A stretch of 64,000 nucleotides of DNA, filler included, from Asterionella formosa (Eukaryota): the NCBI GenBank assembly GCA_002256025.1. It is 12 parts of 12 records of this genome, joined end to end, with 100 filler letters (N's around TTAATTAATTAA, not from the genome) between each part and the next. Parts side by side here need not be neighbours in the genome. Positions count along the whole stretch, not along the records: positions 26,761 to 32,000 come from NKIB01013152.1; positions 32,101 to 37,337 come from NKIB01013153.1; 10 more parts are not named here. One strand, 5' to 3'. The notes beneath the pieces are model-generated. The model saw only the letters and a list, made by a program, of their open reading frames with translations. It had not been told where the DNA came from and made no database searches. The position numbers were made by a program, and so were the translations under genes. Positions 26,761-37,437 of the stretch are shown here, in pieces (within the stretch, counting starts at the first letter, position 1; every line of letters begins with the position of its first letter).

Positions 26761-27078
26761 CGTTTCAGTCGGGTATTTCGTTGCGTCGTTATTCATGAGC
26801 CATGTCATCCGCGCTCCACAAGTGATGCCATCTGCGTATTTGTTCCAGCCTTGTTCCGTACAGTATAGACAGTTGCAGTGCCGAGGAACTGTTGGCTGCT
26901 TGGTGGGTTGCTTCGTCGGCGTTGCAAGGCGTCGTGTTGAGAACTGCGATTTTTCTGCCGCCACGAGTCTGCTTTCAATTTGCTTATCCTCCCTTTCCAT
27001 GGAAGATCCAGACAGATTCCCAGCAGCAATAATGGAAGGAAGGACAATGTACCAGATAACGTAAAGCAGGAGCTTCAT
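26761..27078 (-). CDS. Secreted protein N-terminus with PT repeats and a small Cys-rich module (partial, runs off the contig)
   Basis: Signal peptide MKLLLYVIWYIVLPSIIAA, PTKQPTKQPT, CNCLYCT...W...A.GITCGARMTWL. Confidence 0.7.
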
Positions 27079-27249
27079 GATGGTGTGAATCGTTCAATAG
27101 TAAAATCAGAATTATTGACTTGATGTGAAGATCTCGCTAAGGTGATGGGCAACGAAAACGATTGCAAAAGGGGTAACAAGATGAAGACGATGATGAAAAG
27201 AAATAGTGAAAGATGTAAAAATTATGAAGTTGACAACAGAAAGGAATCA

Positions 27250-27520
27250 AGGTTGCAGCCCCGGCTTAACCCTAGTTAGCAAAAAAATCGCTAGGGTTGT
27301 AAAATTGACGTGAAACAGGGAATTGTTTGTTTCTGTGTATTCCCATGAAGCAAGGATCTGTTTGAAAGTTTAAACCAAGTTGAAAATGGCACCACATTGA
27401 TAGAATTCCATTTCAAAAAGAATGAACCTAGGTTGACACTAAAGTATACAATAGGTGTTAGTCGAGCTCTCTCCTGATAGAGTTCTGATATGATCTATGC
27501 TTTCCCTCAATCAAACACAC
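27250..27520 (+). mobile_element. Dispersed repeat, probable DNA-transposon end; related to 56322-56480 (+) and to 20-90 (-)
   Basis: AGGTTGC(A/G)GCCC...TAACCCTAGTT...CTAGGGTTG is shared with 56322; 27430-27495 is reverse-complementary to the start of the window. Confidence 0.6.
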
Positions 27521-28384
27521 TCGACTAAGAAGTCTCAAGAAATCAAGGATAGTGGCACTGCACTCGAAGGGTATGCATGTTGGCCTCCACGCATTCGAGA
27601 CATGCTTCACAGCGCTTGCTTGGTTGCATCAGATTGCTGAACGTCCAAGCCTTGAAGAGATTTGTAACATTATTCATTTGCAAATTGAGGAGTTCATTGG
27701 AAGCAACTCGACAAAAGAATCAAAAACAAATGCAAGAAACTCACATACAACATCGACTGGAGAGATTCGATCTGGCTCAGCAGTGCATATTGCTATTCGA
27801 ACGTTTTCGCTTTGTCCCTTGTCCACACAGTCAAGAAAGCAGTCCTTGAGCCCATTCCCATTGCTGGTATCTGGATGAGGTCCATGCTAAATTAATTTAA
27901 TCGCGCTTATAAGAAATGCCTTTGTTCAACCCTAGTAGTTTTGACAAAACAATTGTACTCTCATCACCTTCTGGTGGTCGAAACAAGTTTATTTTGCCAC
28001 GATACCCGCTACTGAGTCAATGGACGAGTATGGATGAACAAACCAGATGTTCGAAGTTCACATACTTTGCTGGTTGATGAATATCTAGTTTCAAGAAAAG
28101 CAGCTAGACTAAAACAATAAATATGCAAACCTTGAAGAGGTGACCACATATTCTAGGAGTAAAATAGTGTTGATGTGTTTGATTGATACTTAATCCATGT
28201 TGGACTCTCCATTACAAACCTACCCCAAGTATCAAGAAAATACCCCAAGTATCAAGAAAATCATGCTTTATAGTGGTTCTGGTTTTAGCAGGCTGTTCCC
28301 TGGGTTGTCACGACAAGCACAGATTATCTGGATGAAACCGCCATGACACTGAAAACTTGCCTTGTCCACCAGGAGCTCTACAAT

Positions 28385-28783
28385 CTACTCCACAATCTTA
28401 ATATTTTCATACGGCGCATGACCCAAATCCAGCATGGGAGACCAGATACCCTGAATAGATGGTGTCGCTGTTATAACAGGCTGATCCAACTTTTTGATCT
28501 TGCGTCCCGACGAATTGAATAGCATGTTCATGGCCTTACGGAGCCACGAAATATCTTCATTCTTGACCCCGATTTGTTTGGAAGGTCCCGTGAGGTATTC
28601 TCCTTGAACATAAGGGTGTTTCCCGTTTCTCACCAATACGTCAACTTGCACCGAAGGATGGGCTGCCGCCCATTCAAGAACCTTTCCAGAGGTGAGAAAT
28701 TCTCGAACGTGTTTTGAGGAACCTCCGTGCTCGCAGTAAACGATTTTGAGCTTCGTGAGTTGAAAGACGCCGCGAGTTGCCAT
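28385..28783 (-). CDS. MRPL43: Mitochondrial large-subunit ribosomal protein mL43 (L51/S25/CI-B8 family), 132 aa
   Basis: MATRGVFQLTKLKIVYCEHGGSS...R.FL...RNGKHPYVQGEY...SG...TPSIQGIW. Confidence 0.9.
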   Translation of the reverse strand: MATRGVFQLTKLKIVYCEHGGSSKHVREFLTSGKVLEWAAAHPSVQVDVLVRNGKHPYVQGEYLTGPSKQIGVKNEDISWLRKAMNMLFNSSGRKIKKLDQPVITATPSIQGIWSPMLDLGHAPYENIKIVE

Positions 28784-29374
28784 TCTTGAGAAGTTGTGTT
28801 TATAAAGGAACAAATAAAGAGCTGAATAATAAGAGCGGACAATGAAAAGCGGAAGAAAGCAAACTGATGATGGCTGTATGATGTAAAATGAACTCAAGAC
28901 GATGATCGAGTGACGGGATATCAAATGATAGTGTACGGTATAATACGGTATGATATTCATACCGGGATATGCGGTGATCATCTTTCTAAATATTGTGTGT
29001 ATTTATTTGTACAGGGATTGCCGGTGAATACAATTAGAACCCGGAGGTTCTTTATCATGGTTTGCTTTTTATTTTCTGGTACTGATAGACTGGTACCGCC
29101 TCTGCAACTTGCGGAAAAAATTAGCTTTAGCTTTGTTTTCCTGAAAGTAAAAACCGTCTTTTACCGCAACTCCATTGGTATAGATGCATACTAAATGTAC
29201 TTAATACATACTATTTACCGGTACATCACAATTACCTATACCAGCTGCCCCTTGAGAAAATCCGATAAAACACGTTTTTGACTTAGAAAGGATTCAGCTA
29301 AATATCTCAACTAACGGACCTTCCTTGGTATAGTCCGTACGTCCATCCTCTTAGAATTATGAATAAAGGTACTA

Positions 29375-30021
29375 CAGTTTACTTCATTGTCCTGGACCCC
29401 CCAATCTAAACTGCCGTGACTGAATTTGACTGATTTTACTTAAGGGGGGGCCCAGGACAATGAAAAGATTTCCCTTATAATGGACCTAAGTAAATTTCTT
29501 TATTTCTACAGGATAGTGCAAATTTTTCTAAGACGTATTACCGGTAATTTGACAATTATTTCCGTCTTGTGAAAAATGAGAGAGTTCTTCACCTCGCAAG
29601 AAAAACGCGACTTCATGTTGTTATCGGCGATCTCAATTTTCGTTGTCATTATTAGTGTTATTACTTTACTTCTTTTACGATTGTATTTTCCATGTCGTTC
29701 TTAATACAGGTAGCAAGTAGCAAAGCGTCGTTCTCTATTTTCGTGGAGATAATTCGTATTTTCGTCATGGTCAAGTTGCGACAACATCATAAAGGATTCT
29801 CCAGCTGCTCACAGCCACTACCTGTCGTCTCTTGTGTTTTGTCTGTACAAATGAATCGCAAAATGGTTGCTAAATTATTATATACTAGTGGGACAAAAAG
29901 AATCATAGCACGTTACTTTGTCTATGACAAGAAAATTATTGGGTGTTTGGTTCCACCTCGAGAAAAATGTACAGGGGGGTTCAGCAACCATAGGGGGGGT
30001 CCAGGACAATGAAGTATACGT
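29375..30021. mobile_element. MITE of about 650 bp, Tc1/mariner-pogo type
   Basis: Imperfect ~27-bp TIRs (CAGTTTACTTCATTGTCCTGGACCCCCC / GGGGGGGTCCAGGACAATGAAGTATACGT), each flanked by TA; an extra inverted TIR copy near 29444-29464. Confidence 0.75.
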
Positions 30022-30293
30022 TAGGTACCGGTACTATACTATACTACTGTACCATATAGTGAGTACATATTACAGTACCGTCATGAATTTGATTGCTCGT
30101 CCGCCCCGCCGTTTCGAATGAATTCATTCGTTGCTGGCATCATGCATCATGATGCAGCCTTTATCATTGAATACACGGTAAACGGTACACATGGTGCCAG
30201 GTACATAATACCGGTACCAGTACCTTTGTCTAAAACAAGCAACTCTTTATTTGTTCGTTTCAATTCAATTTACCGGTAATTGGTAGCACCAGC

Positions 30294-31471
30294 ATGAGCT
30301 TTCAAGACGTCGGTAAACCGGGCAGTCGTCCGAATCGGTCGCATCTAACGACACAGCCCACCATTCCAGAAGCCTCGACGTCGATCTCCAAGACCGGACC
30401 ATCACTGGCTCAAGTCAGTGATGGAATTCTTCAATATCAGGTAACGAATCGCGTGTGGAAATTTTGATCTGATATGGATCTTGATGCGTTACTTTGCTGG
30501 TTCGATTGTCCTCTACCTTTGGCTTGCTTCATCTTATCTCACACTCTATACGTTTAATGAATGACGATACAGCGCAATGTGGGAATCTTGGAACGGATTA
30601 GTCGCATGGTTGGAACGAAAGCGGATGGACCAGAGTTGGAATTGCAGTAAGTTATAAAGCAGTTTTCTCGTCATTTATTTTCCGTCTTTGTTAACAGCCG
30701 CACACACTCCATCACTGACCCAGAAATTATCCTATAAATACATAAAAACAGATACAATACTCAAGTTGACGTGCTAACGCAACTCGGGGACAAGCTGGAA
30801 ACACAACTAGCTCTCCAAGAGAAGCAGCTAGAGGCACTGCCTCGGACCGAAGCCGCAAAACAAAGGGCCACGCATATTAAGTTGGTGAAAGACTTTCGTC
30901 GCGTTGAATCCACATTTAAAAATATCACATTGGAAACGAGACGAAACAGAGCAAGGCAAAGTGAGCAAGTCAAAAATACTTCTACGGACGAACCTCTCAT
31001 GACGGAGGTCGAAGGAGATCGGATGCATTTGGAACTTCAGTTGCAACAAGAGGTTAGTTGCTATTTCATTCAATTCCACAGATTTTTCAGGTCGGATCAA
31101 TGGCCTCCTGTAGAATTATTCTAACGTGCCTTTTCAATTGACTCTTGACAGAAACTTAATCAGGAAATTATGAGAGAACGAGAGGAAGAAATTCGCAATA
31201 TCAATCGCGGAATGCACCAGGTCAATGAAATTTACAAGGTAAGCACACGTTGTCATTTTGGTTTGCATTTCTAATCTCAATGGAGGAGAAGCTGACCCAC
31301 AGAAATCGTATGGATTCACAGGATCTAGCTCACATTGTTGGGTCACAGCAAGAGAAAGTCGATCAAATTGAAAATCAAATGGAACAATCCAAAGCAAACG
31401 CAGAGCAAGGTTTAAGCCACATTCAAAAGGCAAATCTAAAGGCATCGCAATCTCAGTGTTTAATATCTTAG
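30294..31471 (+). CDS. Syntaxin (Qa-SNARE, STX7/12-SYP2-like), 5 exons (30294-30440, 30573-30646, 30752-31052, 31152-31238, 31322-31471), 252 aa, C-terminal CaaX
   Basis: MSFQD start; KLVKDF in the Habc region; SNARE motif EREEEIRNI...VNEIYKDLAHIVGSQQEKVDQIE; four GT-AG introns keep the frame; ends QSQCLIS*. Confidence 0.88.
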
Positions 31472-31654
31472 AAGACATTCCATTAGAAATGAAGACGGGG
31501 ATTTTGCGAAACCAGAAACCGAGGGCTCCTTGACGTCTATTTTCTAGAACAAATTAACAAAAATCTTTAAACTGCTTAAAACCAGCAATTAGTCTTAGCT
31601 CCAGGTTATTTCTGCACTGAAACACGATTTGTCAGGAATGATTCAAATCCATGT

Positions 31655-32000
31655 CTAGCCCGGTCGCACTATTGACTGCTGCTCGTTATCGGCGGGACCT
31701 TCCGTGACATCGCCCCCTGTCTCGCCTGCAAACCCTTCCAACTCGTTGTCAGACTCCGTCAATACGATGCCATTGTCATTACGAACATCAGAATTTTCGT
31801 TTCCTTCTTTATCGAGTGGGTCAATGACAAAGTCTCTCCGACAACACGGGCATAGAGACCCTGCAAGTTGTTTCATGAGCCACTTTTCCATGCAGGCCGT
31901 ATGAAAACAATGTTCGCAAAGTGGATTAGACGACCAAACAACGTCATCACCAATTTTGTAGGATGAAATACAAATTGCACATTCGCCGGCTACATCTCGT
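31655..32000 (-). CDS. RING-H2 finger protein, C-terminal part
   Basis: CAIC...CEHCFHTACMEKWL...CPCCR. Confidence 0.85.
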
Positions 32001-32261
32001 NNNNNNNNNNNNNNNNNNNNNNNNNNNNNNNNNNNNNNNNNNNNTTAATTAATTAANNNNNNNNNNNNNNNNNNNNNNNNNNNNNNNNNNNNNNNNNNNN
32101 ATTGATTCCTTCCAGTCCAGACTAATATGTACTGTGGAGTTTTTCATGTTGTGACTGATACATGACTAAATATAACGAGTTAAATTTTTAATCCTTATGT
32201 ATAGCCCTTTTATTCGGGAGAAAATTTACTATCTCATGATGTATATAAAGTTGAAGTAAAA

Positions 32262-32621
32262 GGGAATGGCTTAGTGGTTTAGCACATTGTCTTTGAACTG
32301 AGGTTGTGAGGTTCGATTCCCGCAATTTTTTAGAATCAATTGTTTGGTTCAACTCCCACACTCTTAACCATGCCGTACAGTTTTGCCTGGTGTGCAAGAA
32401 ATAGTGGGTTGCCTCCCTACAAGCAGCTTGTGTCGCCCTCCGAGGCAGACGGAGTTTCCCCTAACGCTGCTGCTAAGATGATCACCTTTTGCGAAAGGTG
32501 GTTGGGGACTCACCTATGCTAACAAAACTAGGAAAGCACAGGTCTTGTTGGCAGGTAGTACAATGACAGACTTGCCTAGAAAGAGGGGAGTACGAATGGG
32601 CTTTAAAACATACTAACTTTT
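32262..32621 (+). mobile_element. tRNA-derived SINE, copy A, with target-site duplication
   Basis: A box TGGCTTAGTGG, B box GGTTCGATTCC; flanked by TAAAGTTGAAG(T/G)AAAA at 32246-32261 and 32622-32637; homologous copies in two other contigs. Confidence 0.85.
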
Positions 32622-32983
32622 TAAAGTTGAAGGAAAAAGAAACTATGGTTTTCATAATGGGCCTCAAACAGAGACTGAAATCAGCCGAATGAGCTGGAAA
32701 GAACCTGATAATACAATATGAAACATGATGTGTATGCATTGTTAGGCTTTCAACACAGAAAGTTGCCTCACATGGTCCCTGCACCTGCCTGGAAAATAGT
32801 AATCTGCTATAACAACAGTGCATACCAACCATCGGAGTTGAAATATGAAGGTATCAATACTAATTGTCACAATGTATGATGGAATCCTAAGCTTGGCAAA
32901 GTTTGCAACAAACAACATACATATAGCCAAAAATATAAATTACGGTCTAATCAAAAAACTTTGAGCTGTCAAGTATGAAACTT

Positions 32984-34526
32984 TTATGATTGTTTCGGTC
33001 TTTTCGTGGATTCATCAGTGGCTGCAGTAGTCGTTGTTCGCTTTTTCCTCTCTTCGCTTTCAGACACCTGCCCAAGGGAGTTCATGTCTGCCACGAGGGA
33101 TCGAAGTGAAGAGGTGGTCTTGCTTTCAACTGACATGGTGAGGGCTACATTTGCACCAGCGGGAGGTCGTCGAACCTCTTTCCGCTCTGGAATGCCTTCA
33201 TCGTTCGCCGAGTCCATTACTTGCTCATTAAGGCGGTGAATCATATTGATAAAGAGGCGCTCATCTTCGTAAAGCCCTTCTTTTCCTTCTTTCAGCAAAA
33301 GGTCAGAGACTTGTTCATACAGTTCCTCACATCGGTTAATCATTTCAAGAATGACGGGGTAACTGGTAAAGTTAGCGTTGTTGACCACGTTCGCCATGAA
33401 TGCATTTCGTGTATTGAATCCAGTGACCTTGTCGTGCTTCTTGAGAATTTTAGAAAAGGAGCAGTAGGTCATGATTGCAAAGGTCTCCAAAAGTAAGAGG
33501 TCCTTATACAGTCGATAGAGGGATTTGGCTAAGAGAGACCATTTTTCGTTGACCATGATTGAATTGGGCTTCTTCATAATCTCCATTCCCTCTCTCACTC
33601 GCTCCTCCCTAATTATAAACTCCTCTTGTGCCTTATTAAAAAAGTGTGTTGCCTTCTTGAACTCGGCGTGAATCAATTTGAAGAACGCAACTTCCCCTGG
33701 AGATTGCCCAATGGCTTTCACGCTATTGCTCGAATCAACGATATTAATTGTCTCAACTGCAGCTTTGAAGTCTTCGTGTTGCACAAAACTGTCGTCCCCT
33801 AAGTCTGCTTGCTTTCGTTTCTTCTCCGTTGTTTTGTCACCATGTTGTTGCTTCGCCGAAACAACGGAGGCGGCAGACGATTCAACGGAGGAAGGGGAGC
33901 CTGGTCGGGATTTTTCATTGGATTCTGACCTTGCTCGTTGCGCCGGTCTCAAAGCATCGTCAGCGGGAACTAATGAAGGGAGTTCCTTAATCAATTTCTA
34001 TAAGACAGGATTAGGAAACAGCTGTTAGTGAGAAATAAATGCATAAGTCATTTATCATCGTGAGTTACAATCACATGTTGGAATGATCAAGCAACAAGGG
34101 CACAAAATTCAATCTGTCTTGTGAATGATGAATCAAAGCGAATCTTTAAAATGTTAATAATTCACAAACCATCATATCGGAACATACAATATATCCGAAT
34201 GATGTAGATAGAGAAGGCGAAATAAACAGAAACCAACTTGATGTACTCCGAACAATGTCGCCGACAATTCCTCAGAACCCGGTGAAATGAATCTGAGGTG
34301 AAAATATGATTGTATACGTAAAAAAATTATGTGCGTAATATTCACGGCAAATGTCAATCGATGAATCTACAGCGGTGAATGACAATGAGAAGGTCAACAA
34401 TGAAGGAATCATTACTGATTCTCAACCGCTGTATCTCACCTTCAACATTTTGTAATTGGTCCAGTAAGGCGCCCATTCAGGATCGGAGATCTCAACGACT
34501 CGTTGTAGGTTTTTGCAGAACTTCAT
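32984..34526 (-). CDS. Stand-alone SPX-domain protein (phosphate/inositol pyrophosphate sensor), 2 exons (34440-34526, 32984-33997), 366 aa
   Basis: MKFCKNL...W..Y..NYKMLKKLIK; FFKLIHAEFKK; FSKILKKHDK lysine cluster; GT-AG intron at 33998-34439. Confidence 0.92.
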
Positions 34527-36354
34527 TGTGTTGAATGACGCATTGAAATGCTACTCAAAAGAATGTTTCATCAAGCAACAACCTTTTGTGCGTGTGATGA
34601 TGTCTCGAGAAATACCGGTTTATAAGCTCAAAGGGTGTTCTCGTGTTGCGGTACCAGGATACCAGGCATAACCGGACAGGTAGTGTACTTATCAGTCATA
34701 TGTACGGCAAAGACGAGAGTGGCCACACAATTACAATCGCGCTTGATGAAGCATCATCTTGTACGTACTTTTTGTTTAGACGGAACAGTACCAGGTAGTA
34801 GACCCACCCTACCGGTACTGGTGTGCTGATGTCGACATGTGGACATGGTATGTAGGCATCCTGTATTGCACTCCTACATATCAGGGTACCACCGAAACCT
34901 TGTAAAATTTATGTACATTGTGTACTGAAATTTTTTTTTGATGTACGTGGAATGTTGACTATAAACCAATTCAAGGCCCGGTAATCGAGCTATTTAACTT
35001 AATCTTTTAAAGTTGAAAACGTGTTGTACGGGACTTCACACTCCGAATTTTAGGTCAAATGGACACCTAAAAATGGTCGGTACGAAATGTGCACACGAGA
35101 ACGACTTCTACCTCGGGCGGACCACACCCATCCATACCTAATACAGAAAGTACTGATAATACGTTGCAGGGTAGAGCAGATGACAAAAAATATTGTAGCT
35201 ATAGTATACACACAATATGTAAATTATGACTCACTATCACTTCATTTCAACCTCAACCAAATGATAGAATGTAGACGAAATGAATAGCTAGCTATAAGAA
35301 GTGTCAGTACTACTTGTTCTGTTGAAAATTGCTGACAACATTCAACAATCGTGGCCTGATTCTTCGGTTGACTGCTTGAACCAAATTAATTCCTTTGTTC
35401 ATTTCAATAACTACTAGTAACAATTCAATAGCATCAAAATTTCAAAATCAGAGTTTCGATGTTAACATTGTGATCTTTAATAGTAGATTTATCCATACTG
35501 CTAGCTAGTTTGAATAATCTTGCACATTGTGAGTTTAGCTTCATGCACTCCTTGCATCACTGATGAAGCCTCAATGATAGGCTTATGGAGTGAGTTCAAT
35601 CATCTCTTAATTCCATCAAAGAATCAAGTTATTTGTGTGAATTTTTAACTACCCGACCTGCTTTATCAGCTTGCAACAAATGGTGGACCCTCAATGACAA
35701 ATTTGATTGACATGGTGCGTGATAGAGAATCCAGAAAGATTAATTCAATTCAACAATCAAAAATGCGCCAGAGTTTAAAACTTGAAATCGGTGAATAATA
35801 GACGAACACAGTCGAAGAGTTTTTCTAGCAATAAGAACAGGGTGGTTAATCGATGATAGCGGGCAATCAATTGTGCTTGAATTGGCGACAAAAACAAAGA
35901 AGTATGACTCTATACTAGGCATGGACGGTAAACAGAATAAATCAGACGACTACATAATCAAATGAACATTTTCATGGCTGTCATGATATCTAGTCATCAA
36001 CATTCTATTTTAAAATCACATCCACACATGCAACGAGCTGCTGTTAGAATTGTGGTCGCATTACCAACATGCAACTACTATCACAAGATACTACAACCCA
36101 ATTTTGCTGCATACTAGCTAGTATTTCAGAGATTGACGAGCCAGCATGGACTTGAGTTAATTGCTGCGATAGTCGATCGTCGCCTCATACAAATGAGCAC
36201 ATCCGTAGCTAGCAATGACAAAGGTGAGCCGTGGCAAACTGTAGACCAATCATATGGTTCCGCAATATTTAATGACAAGGACAAAGAAAAGTTCATGCTG
36301 ACAAGATTCTACACCACACCGGTGCATACTGACATGTATGTATACGCATCCAAA

Positions 36355-36437
36355 AGGTACCAGGTACCAGGTACCTGGTACCTTGTACCATTATTACTAG
36401 TGCAGGTACCAGGTACCTGGTACCTTGTACCGGTATT
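36355..36437. repeat. GGTACCA/GGTACCT heptamer cluster, duplicated
   Basis: CAGGTACCAGGTACCTGGTACCTTGTACC occurs twice. Confidence 0.8.
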
Positions 36438-36899
36438 AGGACACCATAGTATCATAGTAAGTCATCATACCTACCGTCCAGTATAATTCTCTATTTATCT
36501 ACTGGTACATGAATGCTCCATGTCAGGTGCATATCAGCTACCTGGTACCGGTACATTGGTTTTCTCAAAATCATGTGTTGATTGAGCTTGAACACTGTTG
36601 CTAACATCAAGTCCTTTCAAAATTTCAGCAAAACATTGTGAAAAGTCACAGCCACTGAAATTGGCCGTGTCACAGACATTCTTGCCAACCAGTGACAATG
36701 TCAAATCCATGGAGACAGAGTCATTGGGATCACTGCTGCTATTAAGGGTCAAGTCATACATGGATTCCACAACAGCACGGAATCTACTGCTACTACTGGC
36801 TGCCACATCCATGTGCTCTTGGACAATAGTTGTGCACCTGCGGATACTGTTGCTGGTGTCTGGCATAATGGGATCAAAATCAATCCCAAAAACGGTTTC

Positions 36900-37337
36900 A
36901 TATCCAGAAATATCAGTTTTGGCCCAACCACATTGACGATTCAGATTTGAATTAGCTTCTTCAGGGTATTTGGTTCAGTTTGGACGGCGTTTTCCCTTTT
37001 GAACTTCACTTGCAAGTACACTGTTCATTACACGTTTCACAAGTCTGTTGATGATTTCGACTGAACCCTGATCACTGGGCTTTCGGGGCCTACCAGTGAC
37101 TGTCAGTATTGTTTGATTCCACCTTTTCAACATACCCACTGCTTGTTCAGCTATGAACTCAGAACCATTATCAGTGTGAAAGATGTGCGGATATCCAATC
37201 AATCCAAAGAGACGAGACTTTAATTCAAAGCAGACATACTTTGCATTTTTCTTTGGAATAGCTCTTAAATAGCATAAGCCAGTGAAGTGATCCTTCACAA
37301 ACATAATCCATCGCATTACCTGACCATAAACATTGCG
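36900..37337 (-). mobile_element. Retroviral-like integrase core (Ginger2/TDD or KRBA2-like transposase) fragment
   Basis: KDHFTG..YLRAIPKK, GYPHIFHTDNGSEF, GRPRKPSDQGSVE..N; premature stop at 36975. Confidence 0.8.
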
Positions 37338-37437
37338 NNNNNNNNNNNNNNNNNNNNNNNNNNNNNNNNNNNNNNNNNNNNTTAATTAATTAANNNNNNN
37401 NNNNNNNNNNNNNNNNNNNNNNNNNNNNNNNNNNNNN

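Noticed and set aside
28784..28981. N-terminal extension of mL43 in the ORF track (likewise 48675-48722 for the methyltransferase)
   Set aside because: The extension starts at a non-ATG codon; family similarity begins at the downstream ATG.
32262..32325. Functional tRNA-Gln gene
   Set aside because: Acceptor and anticodon stems do not pair, and it is the head of a longer repeat with a TSD.
32405..32480. Twister or HDV-like ribozyme in the SINE body (CAAGC...GGAG...TAAC.CTGC)
   Set aside because: The motif order resembles a permuted twister, but I could not form P1, P2 or P4 pairings consistently in the three copies.
35560..35590. Hammerhead ribozyme core (CTGATGA plus stem)
   Set aside because: No GAAA follows the stem; other CTGATGA hits also lack a complete core.
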